Assembly (NCBI GenBank): GCA_010909165.1
Contig: VJWM01000258.1
Coordinates: forward strand, 62,001-126,000
Origin: Anthoceros angustus
Lineage: Eukaryota > Plantae > Anthocerotophyta
Direction of reading: 5' to 3'
DNA: 64,000 bases
Of this stretch, positions 1-14,224 are shown piece after piece (positions within the stretch are counted from its first letter, which is position 1; each line of letters begins with the position of its first letter). Below the pieces are notes generated by a model. It searched no databases and was not told the origin of the DNA. It was given only the letters and a program-made list of their open reading frames with translations. Made by a program: the position numbers and the translations under genes.

Positions 1-386
1 ACCAGCGGGTACACCACAGCCTCGTCCTCGTCGTCCTGCTCCCTCCCGGAGTCGTTCCTCAGAAATGCGGGCGCCCGGAGCCAGGATAGGACCACCAGAG
101 CAAGGAGGAAGGACACCAAGAGCAACCTCTTCCTCCTGACCCGAGCAGCGACAGAACCAAAACCGCCCCCAGCACGCCGAGCCCAGAATTGCCGAGCCCA
201 CAACCGCAGCCCAGGCTGCTGCGGCTGCATCCCGGAAGCCGGAATGTCTATCTGCGTACCGTGCTCCGGAGGAAGCAGCGTGGAATCTCCGCTGCCCGCC
301 AGGAACTCCCATTGCTTCTTGCCGGCCCCCTGGCCCTGCGGGACCGGGACGCTGATGATGAGCACTCCCCTGGGCTCCTGCTCCAT
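1..386 (-). CDS. 5' part of a probable type II membrane aspartyl protease (APCB1-like); runs off the window start
   Basis: Stop-free minus frame from ATG at 386 (absent from the ORF track): MEQEPRGVLIISVPVPQGQGAGKK...RVRRKRLLLVSFLLALVVLSWLRAPAFL...DDEDEAVVYPL. Basic patch plus TM helix. N-terminal and post-TM motifs recall plant APCB1-type A1 proteases, but the catalytic domain lies outside the window. Confidence 0.5.
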   Translation of the reverse strand, partial: MEQEPRGVLIISVPVPQGQGAGKKQWEFLAGSGDSTLLPPEHGTQIDIPASGMQPQQPGLRLWARQFWARRAGGGFGSVAARVRRKRLLLVSFLLALVVLSWLRAPAFLRNDSGREQDDEDEAVVYPL

Positions 387-1196
387 CGCTCCAGCTCCAG
401 CTCCGGCTCCGGCTCCGGCTCCCGCCCGCCCTGGCAGGGAAACGGGGGGCCCGGCCGAATTCCGTGCACGGGCGCCCGAGCTGCCGGCCCCTGGGCTCCG
501 GGATGCCGGGCGAGAGGGAATTGGAACCCACCCGGGCAGGGCGAGAGACGTGGTGACAGCGGAGACGGCGCGATTGGCTTCCGAATCGCACGATTCGCGT
601 CTCGAGCTTGAGCGGGCGGGGGTGAGGGAGCGCTAGCCGGCGCAGCAGCAGGTCATGAGCAGCTGGAAGATGCTCAATATGTCCACGCAGCAGCAGGCTG
701 CGGCGTCGCAGTTGGCGGCCAACTTCTTCCCGGCCTCGCCCGACGCCATCGATCTATCCACACTTCCCAGACGAGCTGGGCGAGACGAAACCAGAAAAAA
801 ATGCCGCAGGCAGCAGGCAGCAGGCTTGAAGGCCCGCCTCGTTCTCACTGACTTTCCGCGCATTTGCTTGCCATGCACTCCAGGTTGGAGGTGCACCATG
901 GCGGAAGTGGCGAAACGGAATCTGATTGCGGGTGGGAACTTGGGAGACGCTGTCTAGTCTTCACTGCTACGCGTCGTACCTGGACAACGACCTTCGCCTG
1001 CTCTTATAGGCGGGATGACGTTGCCTGACCTCTGCCAGCCCGTTCCTATTTTGACTGCCAGCTTCTCCAGCCAGTCTCTCGGCATACAGCCTCCAGCTTC
1101 TCGCGAATGCTTCTCTCACTACATCTGCCTTCAGGGCTTTGGGCTGCTGGTGTCTGTACGTACCGTCTAGCGACGTATGTATAAGGAGCCGTGGCC

Positions 1197-4100
1197 TTAT
1201 TTTGCTTTACTTAGAAATGAATCCATGAAAGGAAGCCCGATTCTAGACAGCGGGGGAAGCACATGGGAGGGACAGTTGAACAGGTCGCCCCATGGCCTGT
1301 TGCCTCCGATCCTCGACACTTCTGCCGTTTCTAAGCGGGCCCTGGGCTTCACCGACTTACCATACATGGCTGTTAAGGCGGAGTTATCTTCATCTTCCGG
1401 CAGCTTCTCTGTCATGGGCGTGTCCTCTGCTTCGATGCTATCTGGCCGCAGAGGGTCCAAGACTACAAACTCCCTCGTTGCAGTGGAGACCAGAAGTTTG
1501 CTTCCCAATCCAGACTCTCCGTTTTGCTGGCTATCTGCCGCTGGCAATAGATGGGGTGGCAGAAAGGCTAAACTCCCTCCTTGAGCCTGCAGGAAAACAA
1601 GGAGACCATCAGCATGATTGCGCCGTGGCGTGGTCAGGAGACGCTTGACAAGTCATCAGCATAACAGGACAGAATGCTCACATTGCGGACGTTCCACACA
1701 GCTACTGGCGAGATTCGTTCCACATTGAAGACAGCTACGACACTGCTGCTGGATGAATCCACGCCACCAGCGGTACTCGGAGGTGAAAGAATCACCGCAA
1801 ACTGTGGGCTGCTTGGGTCCACAGCAAGAGCTGCAAAAAGGAGGCGTTAGCTGGTGCCATCACAGGCCGTAGGCATCCAAGGTTGGCAAGCAAGCTCGGG
1901 ATTTACCTTCCGCCCTGAGACCAATTCTCAGCTGTAACCTAACTGTTTCTAAGTTCCAGACAAGTATCTCCCCCTCCGTTCCATTTGTAAGGGCAACCAC
2001 GTGTTGAGACTTGGGAACGAAGGACAATGAGAAGATTGGCTATATGGAAACCACAACAAACGTATATAGTTACAGGTTTGTTGTGTCGTGATGTCCAAGC
2101 CTACATGCCGCCTAGGAGAGCCATGACATGACAAATTCGATACACAACTTAAAACAGCACAGACCTGAGGAGGAGCAGAGGAGAGTACAGTAACGATCCC
2201 ATTGGTAACAGGATTCCACAGGGTAACAACCTCTTCAGCAGCCACTGCCAGAAGAGAACCATCTGGAGAAAAGGCTGCACTTAAAATGCGCTTCCGCCTG
2301 CACTTCACAGTTCAGCTTGACATTAAAAGTCTAGCCTTCACAACAGTAACCCATAGGAAAAGGAATTAACTAAGCCAGCATTGAAGAAGTCACCTGTAGG
2401 CCCCAACAGATCGGCAGGACCATCGGAACAACTTGCCTTCGTCTTGGAGACCTGCCCTTTTATCTTGAACCCACACCTGGTAAGTGAAACATTCATGCTG
2501 TCAGGAACTCAAGAAAATGTGAACACCGGTACCAAGTCAGAGGCAATGTGAGCTCACCTTGAATTCAGCAGCAAATGGGATGCAGCTGACCACCATGTGC
2601 TTGCTTGGATGATAAGCAAGCGCTGAAATTTCTGCACTGTTTGACACAAATTTGTCACAAACCAAAACGCTCTTGAGAATGCATGACTTACTGCCAGCAA
2701 CAACTGCAACCATCCCAAGACAGAAACAGAAGGACAGGAACGCACCTGTTCTCCTGGGCTACTGTGTTCTCTAAGTACCGCAAGACACCCACTTCTCGGT
2801 CCCAAAACTTGAGATGTGAAGAGCCTCCTAATTCTTCTTCAGACAGCCTTGAATGCACGGTAACCATCACCGTGCCATCCGCTGAGAACGCGACATGGGT
2901 CACCAAAGTCTGATTCAGCAAACGAGTTCAGTCATGGTGCACAGGTTTCTCTTCACATGTTTTTAAAAGCACAGACCCAATCACTAGGAAACTGAAGAAA
3001 CTTGAGAAAGTCCTTCCTGGTTGCACAAAGACATTACCAAGGGAGGTGAGGGCCCTTGTGCCTTGTCAGGAGTTGGAAGGTAGTTTCTGGGATACACTTG
3101 TATCTGCAAGCAAACTTAAGTAAGTCATGTCACACCACAGGCATTGCTGATTTTTCGTCTATCTAAAAAGCACACTTTCGGAGGCGTGAAAGCAACCAAC
3201 CCATGGAAGTCAAGAACTACCTCAGCCACATGCCGGTCCTGGAAGATATCATAAAATTGAACTGAAATATTCTCCGTTGTGAGCGCCATGATTCCTTCTA
3301 CAGGCTCTATCACAACTCCTGACTTCTTCACAAGGCCATATTTGTTTGACTGGATGGCTGGTGGCTGGTAACAAAGCAGCAGAGCAAGTTAGAAGATCCC
3401 TTAACAAAACCTACATCCTGACTCTTTCGCACATACCAAGGGTCACTGGTAGCTAGAGAAATATCTACCTTGATCCCATGAATGCCTCTCTGCACACTTC
3501 TGTTACCAAAGTTGAAAAACATAATTGAGTTGTCTGCACATGATACCTACAAGTTGACATCACTTGTAAAGCTTTTAATTCCCCAAAAAATTGCAATTTT
3601 CTAATAAAAGACATGAGACAGATAGAAGGATACACTCTACGATTCCAGCTTCCAGCATTCATCTGATGGATGGTTGATAACAGCAAGCAAAAGCTACTCA
3701 CTGCAAAGCTAGCAGGATCAGGAGCCTTCGAAATAAACAAGAGGGGCCCTCCTAATCGGGGTAGAAAATCCTTGTTCCCAGTCTCCACATGCCAGATTAC
3801 TAAGACAGCTTCCAATCCACCTGAGCGAGCACCAAGGAGACATGTCAAAATAATGAAACAGCCAAAGAGGCTGCACTACACTACTTAATAAACAGCTTCA
3901 GTATTACCGGACAGTAAATAAACTCCATCAGCAGAAAATGTGAGAAGCTTGACTTCATGAGAATGCCAGTGATAAGTGGTCACTGCTTGCGCATCATCAT
4001 TCTGCCGGGACTCCTCTTGGTGTTCAGCCCTACCATCTCCGAGTTTTCTTTTCAAACCCCTTTTCGTGTCCCCAGAACTAGCAGCTCCACCAAACTTGCC

Positions 4101-5112
4101 CTCCCCTACATTTTGCCAGAGCAGAATTCTGCCAGTTTTATCGCCAGCAGCCACTACTGTGTCTGTTGGATCAAAAGCTAGAACCCGAAGCTCCCTGACA
4201 TGGTGCAACAAAAGGACTTCCACGTCCTTCAATTTAAATTTAACGTTGGGTACTCGCCACACCCAAACCTTGCTCTTGTCAATCATTCCAACCAGACCGC
4301 CAGACTGACTCGCTTCCAACAGCCTGGGAGACTCGGTCTACAAAGCCCAAGAATCTAAGTGAGATACAGCATCAAAAAGACTACACAGATGTCGGTGGCC
4401 AAAGAAGGGAAAGCTTATTTCCTGCTTACCTTTGCCAAGTGGCCTGGTAAGGGACTCAGACTGGTCAAGTTGTACACAAGAACTCGGCCTTGCACTTTCC
4501 CATCCTCAGGCTTAGGTCCGTCCTTTTTGTAACCGACGGACAGAAAGGCTGTCAATGGCTTCGTCTTCTCGGCCGGAGAGAACCACCTCGGTATAACCTA
4601 CGACGAAAGGCACTCCCGGAAATCAGCATGAGCCGGCCCTAATTCCAACACCCTGTGAGCACCCCGTTGCAGAAAATCAGTAGCTACAAAGAAAAGACAT
4701 CACCTACCATGGACCAAACCGGTTGTCCGATGTCCACGGTCTTGATGAGGACACCAATGCCAAAATCCCACAGTCGCAATGTCCCATCCAGAGACGACGT
4801 CCAGGCATGATGCACCACTGACTTGGTCGGCCCCAAATCCTGGACAACAACAACGCTGGTAACCCGATTTTTGTGACCACGCACCTGAGTCACCTGCGAG
4901 CGATCGGAGCGTCAGACAGAGGAAGCTAAGGCGCATTGTTTGGCGGAGGAAGGAATCGAAGATGAGACACGACACCCTTGGGGGACACGCACCAGCAGCC
5001 CAGTGGCAGCACTGAAGACGGACACGGTGCAGCCCGTGCAGACAAGAAGAAGCTTGCCATCTACCGAGAACACGGGACGATAATCGACGAGACTACCGCC
5101 CCCACGAATCAT
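1197..5112 (-). CDS. WDR75: WD40-repeat protein WDR75/UTP17 (SSU processome), multi-exon
   Basis: Starts MIRGGGSLVDYRPVFSVDGKLLLVCTGCTVSVFS. WD motifs GHKNRVTSVVVV...WTSSLDGTLRLWDF, VAAGDKTGRILLW, YHWHSHEVKLLTFSADGVYLLSG and LLSGGLEAVLVIWH. C-terminus LFNCPSHVLPPLSRIGLPFMDSFL is typical of WDR75. Exon fragments are separated by GT-AG introns. Confidence 0.9.
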
Positions 5113-5531
5113 TGTCACACAACCAGCTCCACGATTCAGGCCAAGGGGGAAAGTGAAGCTCTCTTTTCGATCCAACCTGGACAACCGATTCGGTGCAGAC
5201 GACACCAATTGCATCGCCTAGACAACCTGATTATTACATTTACTACATACCCTGATACCTACCTACAGGTACACATATATACCATAGCACGTAAGAAAAT
5301 AAGAAAAAGCATGTACCTACCGAGAACCTACTTACATAGGTAAGTAGTAGCTGCTCCGACCTAATATTTTCAAGGGCATAATGGACCTAACACTCGGATG
5401 ATGTAGGTAGGTACTGAAGTCTGACGGGAGAGTCCGGCAGTTTCGAGCGGAGTGAAGCGTGAACAAAATCCGGGGAAAAGTCTAGAGGCTCGTTTTATGC
5501 AGCCCATCTCACTGCGCATCAATGAGGAGGT

Positions 5532-8441
5532 CTACATGAGGCCTCTGCTTTTTGAAGGACTCAATGCCTTGGGTGGTAAAGCGGGACCTGCAAACACACG
5601 AAATCGTTCAGTCTGATGACTCGTGAGAGGAAGTGATCCTCAGTTGCAGATTTATCACATGCGTACCTGCCCAAGTCCACGGATCTAAGAGACGATGCTT
5701 TCAGCAGATGGTGAAACACATCGTCTGACAGCTTCACACTGTGATGCATGCTCAGGTACCGCAGGCGATGACACATCTGGCACAGGACTCGGACACTGGG
5801 GTTGGATAGATAGCGGCAGCCATCCAGCCTCACTTTCACCAGTCCAGGACATCCATATGCCAAAGAAACTACTCCAGAGTCCGTTATGGAGTCGCAGTAG
5901 CTGACAGATAGGTGACGAAGCCTACGGCAGCTGCGGAAGGAAGAACGAAGGTTAGTTAGGGAGCTTGACAGAGAAAGTATGTGGAAAACAGGTCGTCAAG
6001 GAGAGTGGTTGCGGACCCCTTGGAGATGGCAAACAAACCGGTGTTAGAGATCCGAGAACAGCCATGCAGTCCAAGCTCCTGCAGGTCAGGACAAAGTGCG
6101 ACGGCCGAAACTGCTTTATCCGACAACGACCCGTAGCTTAACACCTGCGGCCGGCGAACAACAACAGAAGAGCATAACTTCACCTACAAATTAAGGCTTT
6201 CTACTACATCTGCTTGGTGGAATGCACCCGAGAGGAGAGAGTGAGAGGCAACATTTTCCACACACAGCGATATCTTGTGATTCGGCGGAGGAAGAAAGTA
6301 CCAAAGTTTTCAAACGTGGATTTCCCCTGCAGATGACCGCAACAGCTGCGTCCGTCACTCCACTGGCTTGGCCTGCATTGATTGCTTCGAGCGAACCACA
6401 TTGCCCTAAAGCCTTAAGTCCTGCTTCAGTCAACTACAAGGGCAACATAAGGAACATGCTTGACTTGATGTAACATACTGACTCCTCATTCCGGCAAAAG
6501 GTACCATGAATGACCAAATAATTTGCCCACACCTTCCTGCAGCCCTTTATGGAAATTGAGACAAGGAACTTGCAGTTAAGTGCAAGGAAGTCCAAGGAAG
6601 CATCGCTGATGGGAGCTCCATCTAGAGCTACATCAACCAGGTTCACGCATCTCTGTGCATAAACAGAAGCTTCAGAATCAGAAACAAACTATTTCGACAA
6701 TAAAGCTACTCTGACATCGACAGATTCTAAGAACAGTACTGCACCTGGATGAGCTCATAAACTGGTGGGTCGGTCAATCGCTTGAAACTACTGAGCTCTA
6801 AGTGGGTAAGGTTGTTGCAAACTGCTGCTACTGCAAATTTCACAAAGTTAATTTCAGTGCTGGTACATCCCATAATTTTAAGGTTCAGACTGATGTCCGT
6901 GGCACTTAACCAAACAAGACCACCAGACTAGGAATTTGCAAGCACACAAAGAAGTGGCGAAATACACAAGTTTTGAAGCCATAACGATTGATCAACCGCA
7001 CATACATTCCATGACAGCCACTCCTGAACACCGCTCTAAACTTGGGGAGGCCAGCTGCAATTTTAGTGTACGTAGTGTAGTCGCTCTCACAGCCAAGGCC
7101 AAGAGGCCAAAGTCCGTGACATCCTGAAATTGTTCCAAAATGTTGTGTTCACCTCTTTTATCTGAATGCAAATGGACAGCACTTGGTAGACAGACAGAAT
7201 CAACACTTACCCCAGAAGCACCCCTGCTGGTTTTGTCAACTAAGTGCAGCTCCTCCAGAAGTGGACACATCCCGACTATCATGAGGAGTGATATGTCAGA
7301 AACAGGAAGGCCACTCTGGTGCCTCCTTTTATGATAGAACCGTCTCAAAGATATCCCACATTCTTGCATGAAGTTCAGGGTATCCTTACAAGACCAGATG
7401 ACCACGTCAAACCATAGTCTTCCAGAAGTTGTTAAGTAGATTGTAAAGCATAGCTAACTTGCTGAAGAACATACCATGGTAAGATCGTATGCGCTTAGCT
7501 GTGTCAGAGCAGGGCAGTTCTTTGCAAAGGCCTGGACAACTCGGTTCACATCTATTGCACAACCACTATCAATCATGAATGTGGCCAGCTTCCTGCAACA
7601 AGCAAGAAGAGATGAAGAGCTGTGAGAACAACGAAGAAAATGGACAACAAGTTTAAACCCAACGACATGGGCAAAGAGGAGTCCTGAACCAACCACACCT
7701 GCATCTGCTTGCGAGGTTCTCGAATCCAGCAGTTGACACTGCCCCACCAAAACCGGACCATGCAAAGAAGCGCAAGTTCTCAAAGTTCGCAACGTGATCA
7801 AGGACGATGTCGCTGTGGTGGTCACAACCACACAAAGCAAGTTCTTCAATGCCTTTTGGAAGATATTGCAACATTTCGTCTGAGAGATGCCAACAGTCCT
7901 GATGCATGATCAGGGTGTGAAATCTTAGAAAATAGAACCAGTACAGATGGCCAATAGCCAGCAATTCACGTTCCAACGGAGAAATTCATCCAAATGAAGA
8001 ACGAACAACGCTGAGACTTGATAGTCACCAATTCAACTCGCTTCAGCGTCGTTCCCAGCCTGGTGCATACACCAAAAAAGCAAGAATCGTCCAGGGCAGC
8101 ACCGGCATTTTTTAGATCCAAGTACTGCAGAGTCCCATAAGCGCTGCAGACAAAAGTATGAGGAAGCTATCGACAGGGCAAACAAACTCCCTGACGCAGA
8201 ATTGAGTAGGTGCAGACTTAAGCTCAACTGGCTTCACCTGTTGCAAGCTGCACGCAAGATCTTGCAAGCTTGCGCCACCCGAGCCCATTCTTGCGGAGGA
8301 AGCAACTCAACAACTCTCGACAAAACCTTGCAAGAACAACATCCATCAGCAGCCCCGCAGAAGCACGGCAGCATGCAGAAAATTCATCTTGGACTTACGC
8401 AGACCCAGTACCTCCACTGGAAGACCAGAAAATGCGGCCAT
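5532..8441 (-). CDS. F-box/LRR-repeat (RNI-like, Cys-containing LRR) protein, multi-exon; boundaries approximate
   Basis: Putative start MAAFSGLPVEVLGL (F-box-like LPxEVL). LRR exons include IEELALCGCDHHSDIVL, CPLLEELHL, CPDLQELGLHGCSRISNTGLFAIS, LEAINAGQASGVTDAAV and CPGLVKVRLDGCRYLSNPSVRVL. Confidence 0.7.
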
Positions 8442-9869
8442 AGCAGCAGCTGCTGCGCTTACGCTCCGTCTGGACAATCACGGTCTGCTCCGACAGAAAC
8501 GAAACCCAGCAGAGCCCGACTGCGGACGGGCCCTACACTGAAACACCCGTGTCACTTCGGACCAACAAGCTCACGGTCCTGCCTTGATAATAGCCATGTT
8601 CAGGCGCTCTCAATAAGACTAGTGACACACATACATAGAACACATCCCGACCCACGACGCGCACGGTGCAGCACCGGCTCGCTTCGCAGCGCCATGCTCT
8701 CCAGACACGCAACCTGAAGAGCTGGTATGCGTACATCCGCATCCCCCGCCATTACATCAGCATGGCATAACAAGCAACGTTGGTAAGCTTGCCGAATTAG
8801 CGCCCATTTGGACGCACGGCAAGTCGGTGCGCATGCCAAACTTGGTTGTAGTGGCAGCCCAACAGGTTTTGCTGTGTTCGTAACTTCATGGATGGAGTCC
8901 AGGAGCGCAACGTTCAGCGGCTTGGCACCGAATTTGGGGCTTGCCTGCACCCTTTCAGCGTGCTTGCATTCTGCATTCAGGGTTTGGCTTTGATTCCATG
9001 CTTAGGTGGGAGGTCGTGGGCAGCGGCTGCCACAGTACAAGCTACTTGAAGTTGATTCCCATCCAACATACAGCAGGGCTTCTCGAGTCGACTGGTACAT
9101 GTATCTTTGGTTGGCCATCATCAGCTGGCATGAAAACGATGCCTGAACCCGCATTCAAGTTGCAGATGGCCCAGTGAGGTGAGCTAGCACCCCTCATGCG
9201 TCTCTACCCAGCTTTCGTGGTAACCAAGGTTGTCGGTACTCTCTGCGGAGAAAACATGCATGCCTGGTACTCTTAAACTGGCACTGTGCAAACGCGAAGG
9301 AGTGTTTCTGATCTGAAAAGCTACTGTCCAGCTTCCCTGTAATGGCAAGCCCTGACTCAACGTCTTTGATGCTCTGCCAAATGGGATCCACTATCTTGCA
9401 AACCCTAAATATGCGAATGTTGTGTGAGCATTTTTGACAGACTTATCAGACAGTACCCTGCTGCTGCTGCAGACCATGAGCAGCTGTGAGTTTACTGGTC
9501 TTAGGGAGACAGCTTTGGGGAGTTTGTCCCAGTTTCTGCTGAGGGAAACTCACGTGTCCTTGGTCCTCTCATATGTATGTCCTTGGTCTTCTTGGAACGA
9601 TAGCAGCCTCTCGCACTTCCACCGACGCTGTTTAGACAGGTGGGCAGTTCGAAGCTACAAGGCGTGCGAAAAAGTCGGCCAAGAGCAGCAGCAATTCACT
9701 GTAAATTTCAAAACTACACTCTATAGAGCTTGCCTAGCTATTCGCCTTCAAGAGCTCTTTTTTCCTCGATTTCTCGTTAACACTTTGTCACTTGGCATTA
9801 GGCAAGGTATCTAGCATTTTTGGTTAACAAGATGAAGTATCCAACAGAAAAAGTAAATCTTGAAATTCA

Positions 9870-10060
9870 TGAGGGTCAAAACCACAAAATCTTGGAATAC
9901 AAGAGGGTGAAAACAACAACTACACACGGAAAATGTTGGAATACAAGAGGGTCAAAACAACTACTACCAACCCAACAAAAATCTTAGAATACAAGTTCAA
10001 GTTTATTGATAACTATGAACAGGAATCTTAGAATATAAGTTCAAGTTTATTGATAATCTT
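9870..10060. repeat. Degenerate AT-rich tandem repeat (AAAATCTTGGAATACAAGAGGGTCAAAAC family)
   Basis: The motif and its variants recur several times at ~40-50 bp spacing. Confidence 0.6.
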
Positions 10061-10429
10061 TTGCGCTGATGAGCACAAGGGAGTCAAAACCACTATTACT
10101 AACAAGGCCCTAATTGTATGGGCCATTAAAGTCTTAACAATGGCAATCACAATTGCTGCTCCACAATATTTGTGAAGCCAAAACCACTATTACTTACCGG
10201 ACCCTCAGTGTATGGCCTACTAAGTTCTTAACAATGACAATCATAATTATTGCTTCTCAATATTTGTGATTGTCACTACATCCTTAGTATCCCACACCTA
10301 TAGTCATGTTAGTGACAATGGTCTATGCCTCCCCAGGTAGAATCTCCTTCTTCTTTTGTGGTTTACATCTCTTTTCTTGATGCGCGGTGATGCGCATTTA
10401 ATGTATGTCTTGACTCCAATAAATTTTTA

Positions 10430-10830
10430 GCTTTATGCCTTGGCATGTTATTTGTTTGAGTTATTCCATCCAAGTGGATTTTATTAGATTTCTTCTATGT
10501 AAGCACAAGTCTCAAATATTGCTTCATGCCTTGGCATGGTATTTGTTTGAGTATTCCCCATGGTCATGAAGCGCAGGTCTCAACCCCAATAACGTTTTAG
10601 CTTCAAGTGTTGGCATGGAATTTGTTTGAGTATATCCCAAAGCTATATAAGCACAAGTCTCGATCCCAATAAAGTTTCAGCTTCATGCGTTAGCATGGTA
10701 TTTATTCGAGTATAAATTTTCAGCTTTGCGACAACGTTTCATCAAATTGCACCCTATCTTGTCTCGACCGCAATAACTTCTTAGCTTCATGCAATGGCGT
10801 GGTACTTGTTTGAGTCCCATAGTTATATAA
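10430..10830. repeat. Degenerate tandem repeat (GCTTCATGCCTTGGCATGGTATTTGTTTGAGT core)
   Basis: Core seen ~5 times, each followed by variants of TATATAAGCACAAGTCTC. Confidence 0.6.
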
Positions 10831-11639
10831 GCACAAACTCATTAATGTATATACATTGAACAGTTAAACGTCATGAACTGTGAGTTAGCTATGATTCAAT
10901 TTATTTGTGAAACCTCATAGTCTATTACATTTTGTATATGAGTACTTTTCAGTCCTAATGATTTTGTTCTTTTGTATCCACTTTGGCTGCCTCGCTCTAG
11001 CTTGCTCTCAGCCTCCGATAATTAACAGTATTTGTGATTTTGAGCGAATCTTGACGTTGAGGATGCCCTTATAGGGTTTTGTACTTTCTGTTTATTTTTA
11101 ATAAAATCCATTCTACACTGGTTTTTAGATATAATTTTTGAAAATGTATGAACCTAATAGGTGAATTAATTTTCTGTGTAAATAAAAATCATTAAAAATA
11201 AACAACAAGTATGAAGCCCTACATGTGCAACTTGAGCCCTCCGACCCTTGGGGTCTAGAGGGCATCAGATAAAATCATGTTTACTCTTAAAGAATGTGTG
11301 GATCTTGACGTTGAAGTTGCCCTTGTAAAGATAATTTTTTTTTGTTTATACAAACAATTAATATATCTATTAGGTACTTACATTTTCAAAATCATATCTA
11401 AAACCTGTCGTCTAGAGGTGCTAACATGGCGTTCTATAACTTTTTACATTGTCCTGTATAAAGCTGCCGTGTATTCATTGGAAGGTGCGAAATGTGAACC
11501 CGTCTTGACACTGCCTGCAGTTTGGTTCCCAATGTCCACCTAATCACCAACAAAAAACTTGCACTGAAAGTGTACCACCTATTCACTACACCCGTGCATC
11601 TCATCCACACTAACCCATCAACCTACGAAGCACCTAACG

Positions 11640-11875
11640 GAAGCTGAATTTGGGCCACCGAGTACGAAACTGGCTAGCTGGTTCAAATGATTTAGGAGAG
11701 GGGAAGATATATTTGGGCCACGAGCATTGAGACTGGCTAGCCAGTTCAAACGGTTTAGGAAAGGGGAAAATAAATTTGGGCCACCAAGCACAGGGACTGG
11801 CTAAGGAAAGAGAAAGGTAAATTTGGGTCACTAAGCACTGAAAACTAGCTAGCCGGTTCAAACGGTTTAGGAAAG
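11640..11875. repeat. ~60-65 bp degenerate tandem repeat (TTTGGGCCAC...ACTGGCTAGC...TTCAAACGGTTTAGGAAAG)
   Basis: About 3.5 copies visible directly. Confidence 0.7.
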
Positions 11876-12550
11876 GTCATAAAAAATGGAATAGCAATAA
11901 CATGGTTAGACAAAGGATTGATAAAATGGAGACTTTATAAAATTTGCAGGAATGAGAAGGCCCATCAAAAGGATTATGGTTTACGGATTATGATGTCGTC
12001 CATAAGTTAGGGCATACTTGACCTCGCTTAGGGTTATGTGGGCCGGACCACATTTATCTTGAATTGGATTGAACAGCAGCCTAGTTCATTTCTCTCTAAA
12101 TATGCGTACAATGGTTTCCAAAACTAAAACGAAAACGTAAAGGAAATCGATACAATGTTTGCAGATCCTACCACTTCGGTGGCAACTTCAACACCAGTTT
12201 CATCGTGCTGCTGTTACAAAACTACATTTGACAGATCCATCATCTAAGTATTATGATTCCTACTACCGATGTGCAGGGACTCCTTCGTTTACATGATGAA
12301 ATTTCAACTATGTACATGGCACAGCCGAGGAGATGCTACCTACCAGAAGGAAAGGGAAGCGGAAATGGTGAGAAATTAGGTCAATTGCAAAAATGATGTG
12401 ATATACAATCATGATTACTGCCTAACAAGATCTAGGGGCCTTGCCTTGGCACAGAGAACATGTAGTATGTGCAAGAACTTCATCCATATCTCTTGCAAAA
12501 ACATGTCACGTCTTGAGAAGAAGTGGACTTGACACCGAAGTCCGAATTCC

Positions 12551-13400
12551 TCATTTGATGTACTGAGAGACCCATTTAAAACCCTCACCATAGCCCATCT
12601 TGCGCACAATACTGCACATAAACAGCTCGATGGGCCGCATGCTGGTATCTACTAGATTAACCTTCCCCTTCCCCGTGGTGTAGCTGGTCAACCCCAGAGC
12701 TGAGCGGAGCTCCTCCTCAGACGCTGCTGTAGGAATGTCGATCTTGTTGCCGAGGATGAGAAAAGGCACCTCAGCAAGCGAGTCGTCCGAGAGCAGGGCC
12801 ACCAGCTCTTTCTTGGACTCCACAAACCTCTCCCTGTCCGCCGAATCAACAACATACACTATGGCATCCACCTGCCATCCAAGTCCCCATACGGGCTCAC
12901 AACCATCAGCATAATCCACGGATCCACCTCCTCATCAAGCCTGCACCTCCCCGCACCCGCCAGTTCAGTAAGCATCCACACAAACACACACACAACCACT
13001 ACCTTAGCGTAGTAGTCCTTCCAAACCCGGCGCGCCATCTGGTGCCCTCCCAGGTCAAACGCTTTGAACTTGATTTTCCCAATGCTCAACTCCTCCGAAG
13101 TCGGATACTGAGTCGGCTGATGCTGCGCCAGCCTCTGCCACACACACCACAACCCGCCACACCGTCAATCAAGCCCTTCCATCAAGCCCTCCCTCAAATG
13201 CATCCATCCAGCATCCCCCCGGGGCCAGCGGGAGCCGCGGCATGCCCCGCATCGGCAGCCGCCCCGCGTACCTCGTCCTTGAGCATGTGCAGCAAGGTAG
13301 TCTTGCCGGCGTTGTCCAACCCCAGGAAGAGGATTTTGGCCTCCTTCTGCCATAGCCCGAGCGTGGCGAGCACGCTGTAGAACCAGTCGAACAAGAACAT
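12551..13400 (-). CDS. SAR1: SAR1 small GTPase (COPII), 3 exons: 13272-13400, 13003-13134, 12551-12871; 193 aa
   Basis: [46 protein letters not shown]-terminal [19 protein letters not shown] junctions checked in frame. Confidence 0.98.
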
Positions 13401-14224
13401 GGTGCCCGCGCGAGCTTGCCCGGCTCCCCGCCCCGGCCCCGGCTGCGGCTGCGCCTGTCCCCACGAGCTTCAGTGCCTCCGCCCGGGAGCTCCCTTGACT
13501 CGGCCGTGGTTTGGTGCACTGCACTCGCCCTTTTGCCCTAAGTACACTGCCTGCTTCCATAATACATACACATGTATAGATGCCACATACGTACATGGAC
13601 GCTTGCCGAATTTTAGCCAATGAGACGCGGCCACCCATCTCGGCGCGGCCTGTGATACGCGGCCGCATTAAAACGATGCCAATTAAAAGCCCCGCCTCGG
13701 GAAAACCGCGTAATGCCACACCATGGGGCATGCGATCCCCATGCCCCTCCGTTCCCGTGGGAAGCCGGACATGAACGCGTGCCACTCCCGGGCCGCGGGC
13801 GACTGGACTGCCAGCCGCCATCGCCTGTCAGCCAGGTGACCGGGTTCATCTTCTTCCGCCATCTCGCCTGCTGCTCTCCACGCCTGCTCTGCTCTGCTCT
13901 GCTCTGGATGTCCCGGGCTAGGGTACATCCAGCGCTCGCTCCCGCTGCTCGCCTTCCAGGGAACTGCTGCGGCTGCCGCCGCCGCTGCAGGAGCGAGCTC
14001 TCTCTCGCTGCGGCTGCTGCCGCTGCCGCTGCCGGTGAGCTAGGGTTTGCGGCATCCGCGTCGGGGGGGCGCGGGAAAGTGTGATTTCTGCATGGTGTGG
14101 TCGTGGTTTGATTGATGCCAAGGGCATCGGGTGGGTGGAATGGAGGAGGCGCTTTTTTGCAAGTATTCTTGAGGGTTTAGTGGACGGGGAGGCTGTGAGT
14201 GAGCTGCCAGCTTCGGGGGCAGGC

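Noticed and set aside
189-957. Plus-strand ORFs of 100-140 aa
   Set aside because: They overlap or lie upstream of the minus-strand protease-like frame and have no motifs.
8941-9814. Short ORFs upstream of the F-box gene
   Set aside because: No motifs or consistent exon chain; probably 5' UTR or intergenic.
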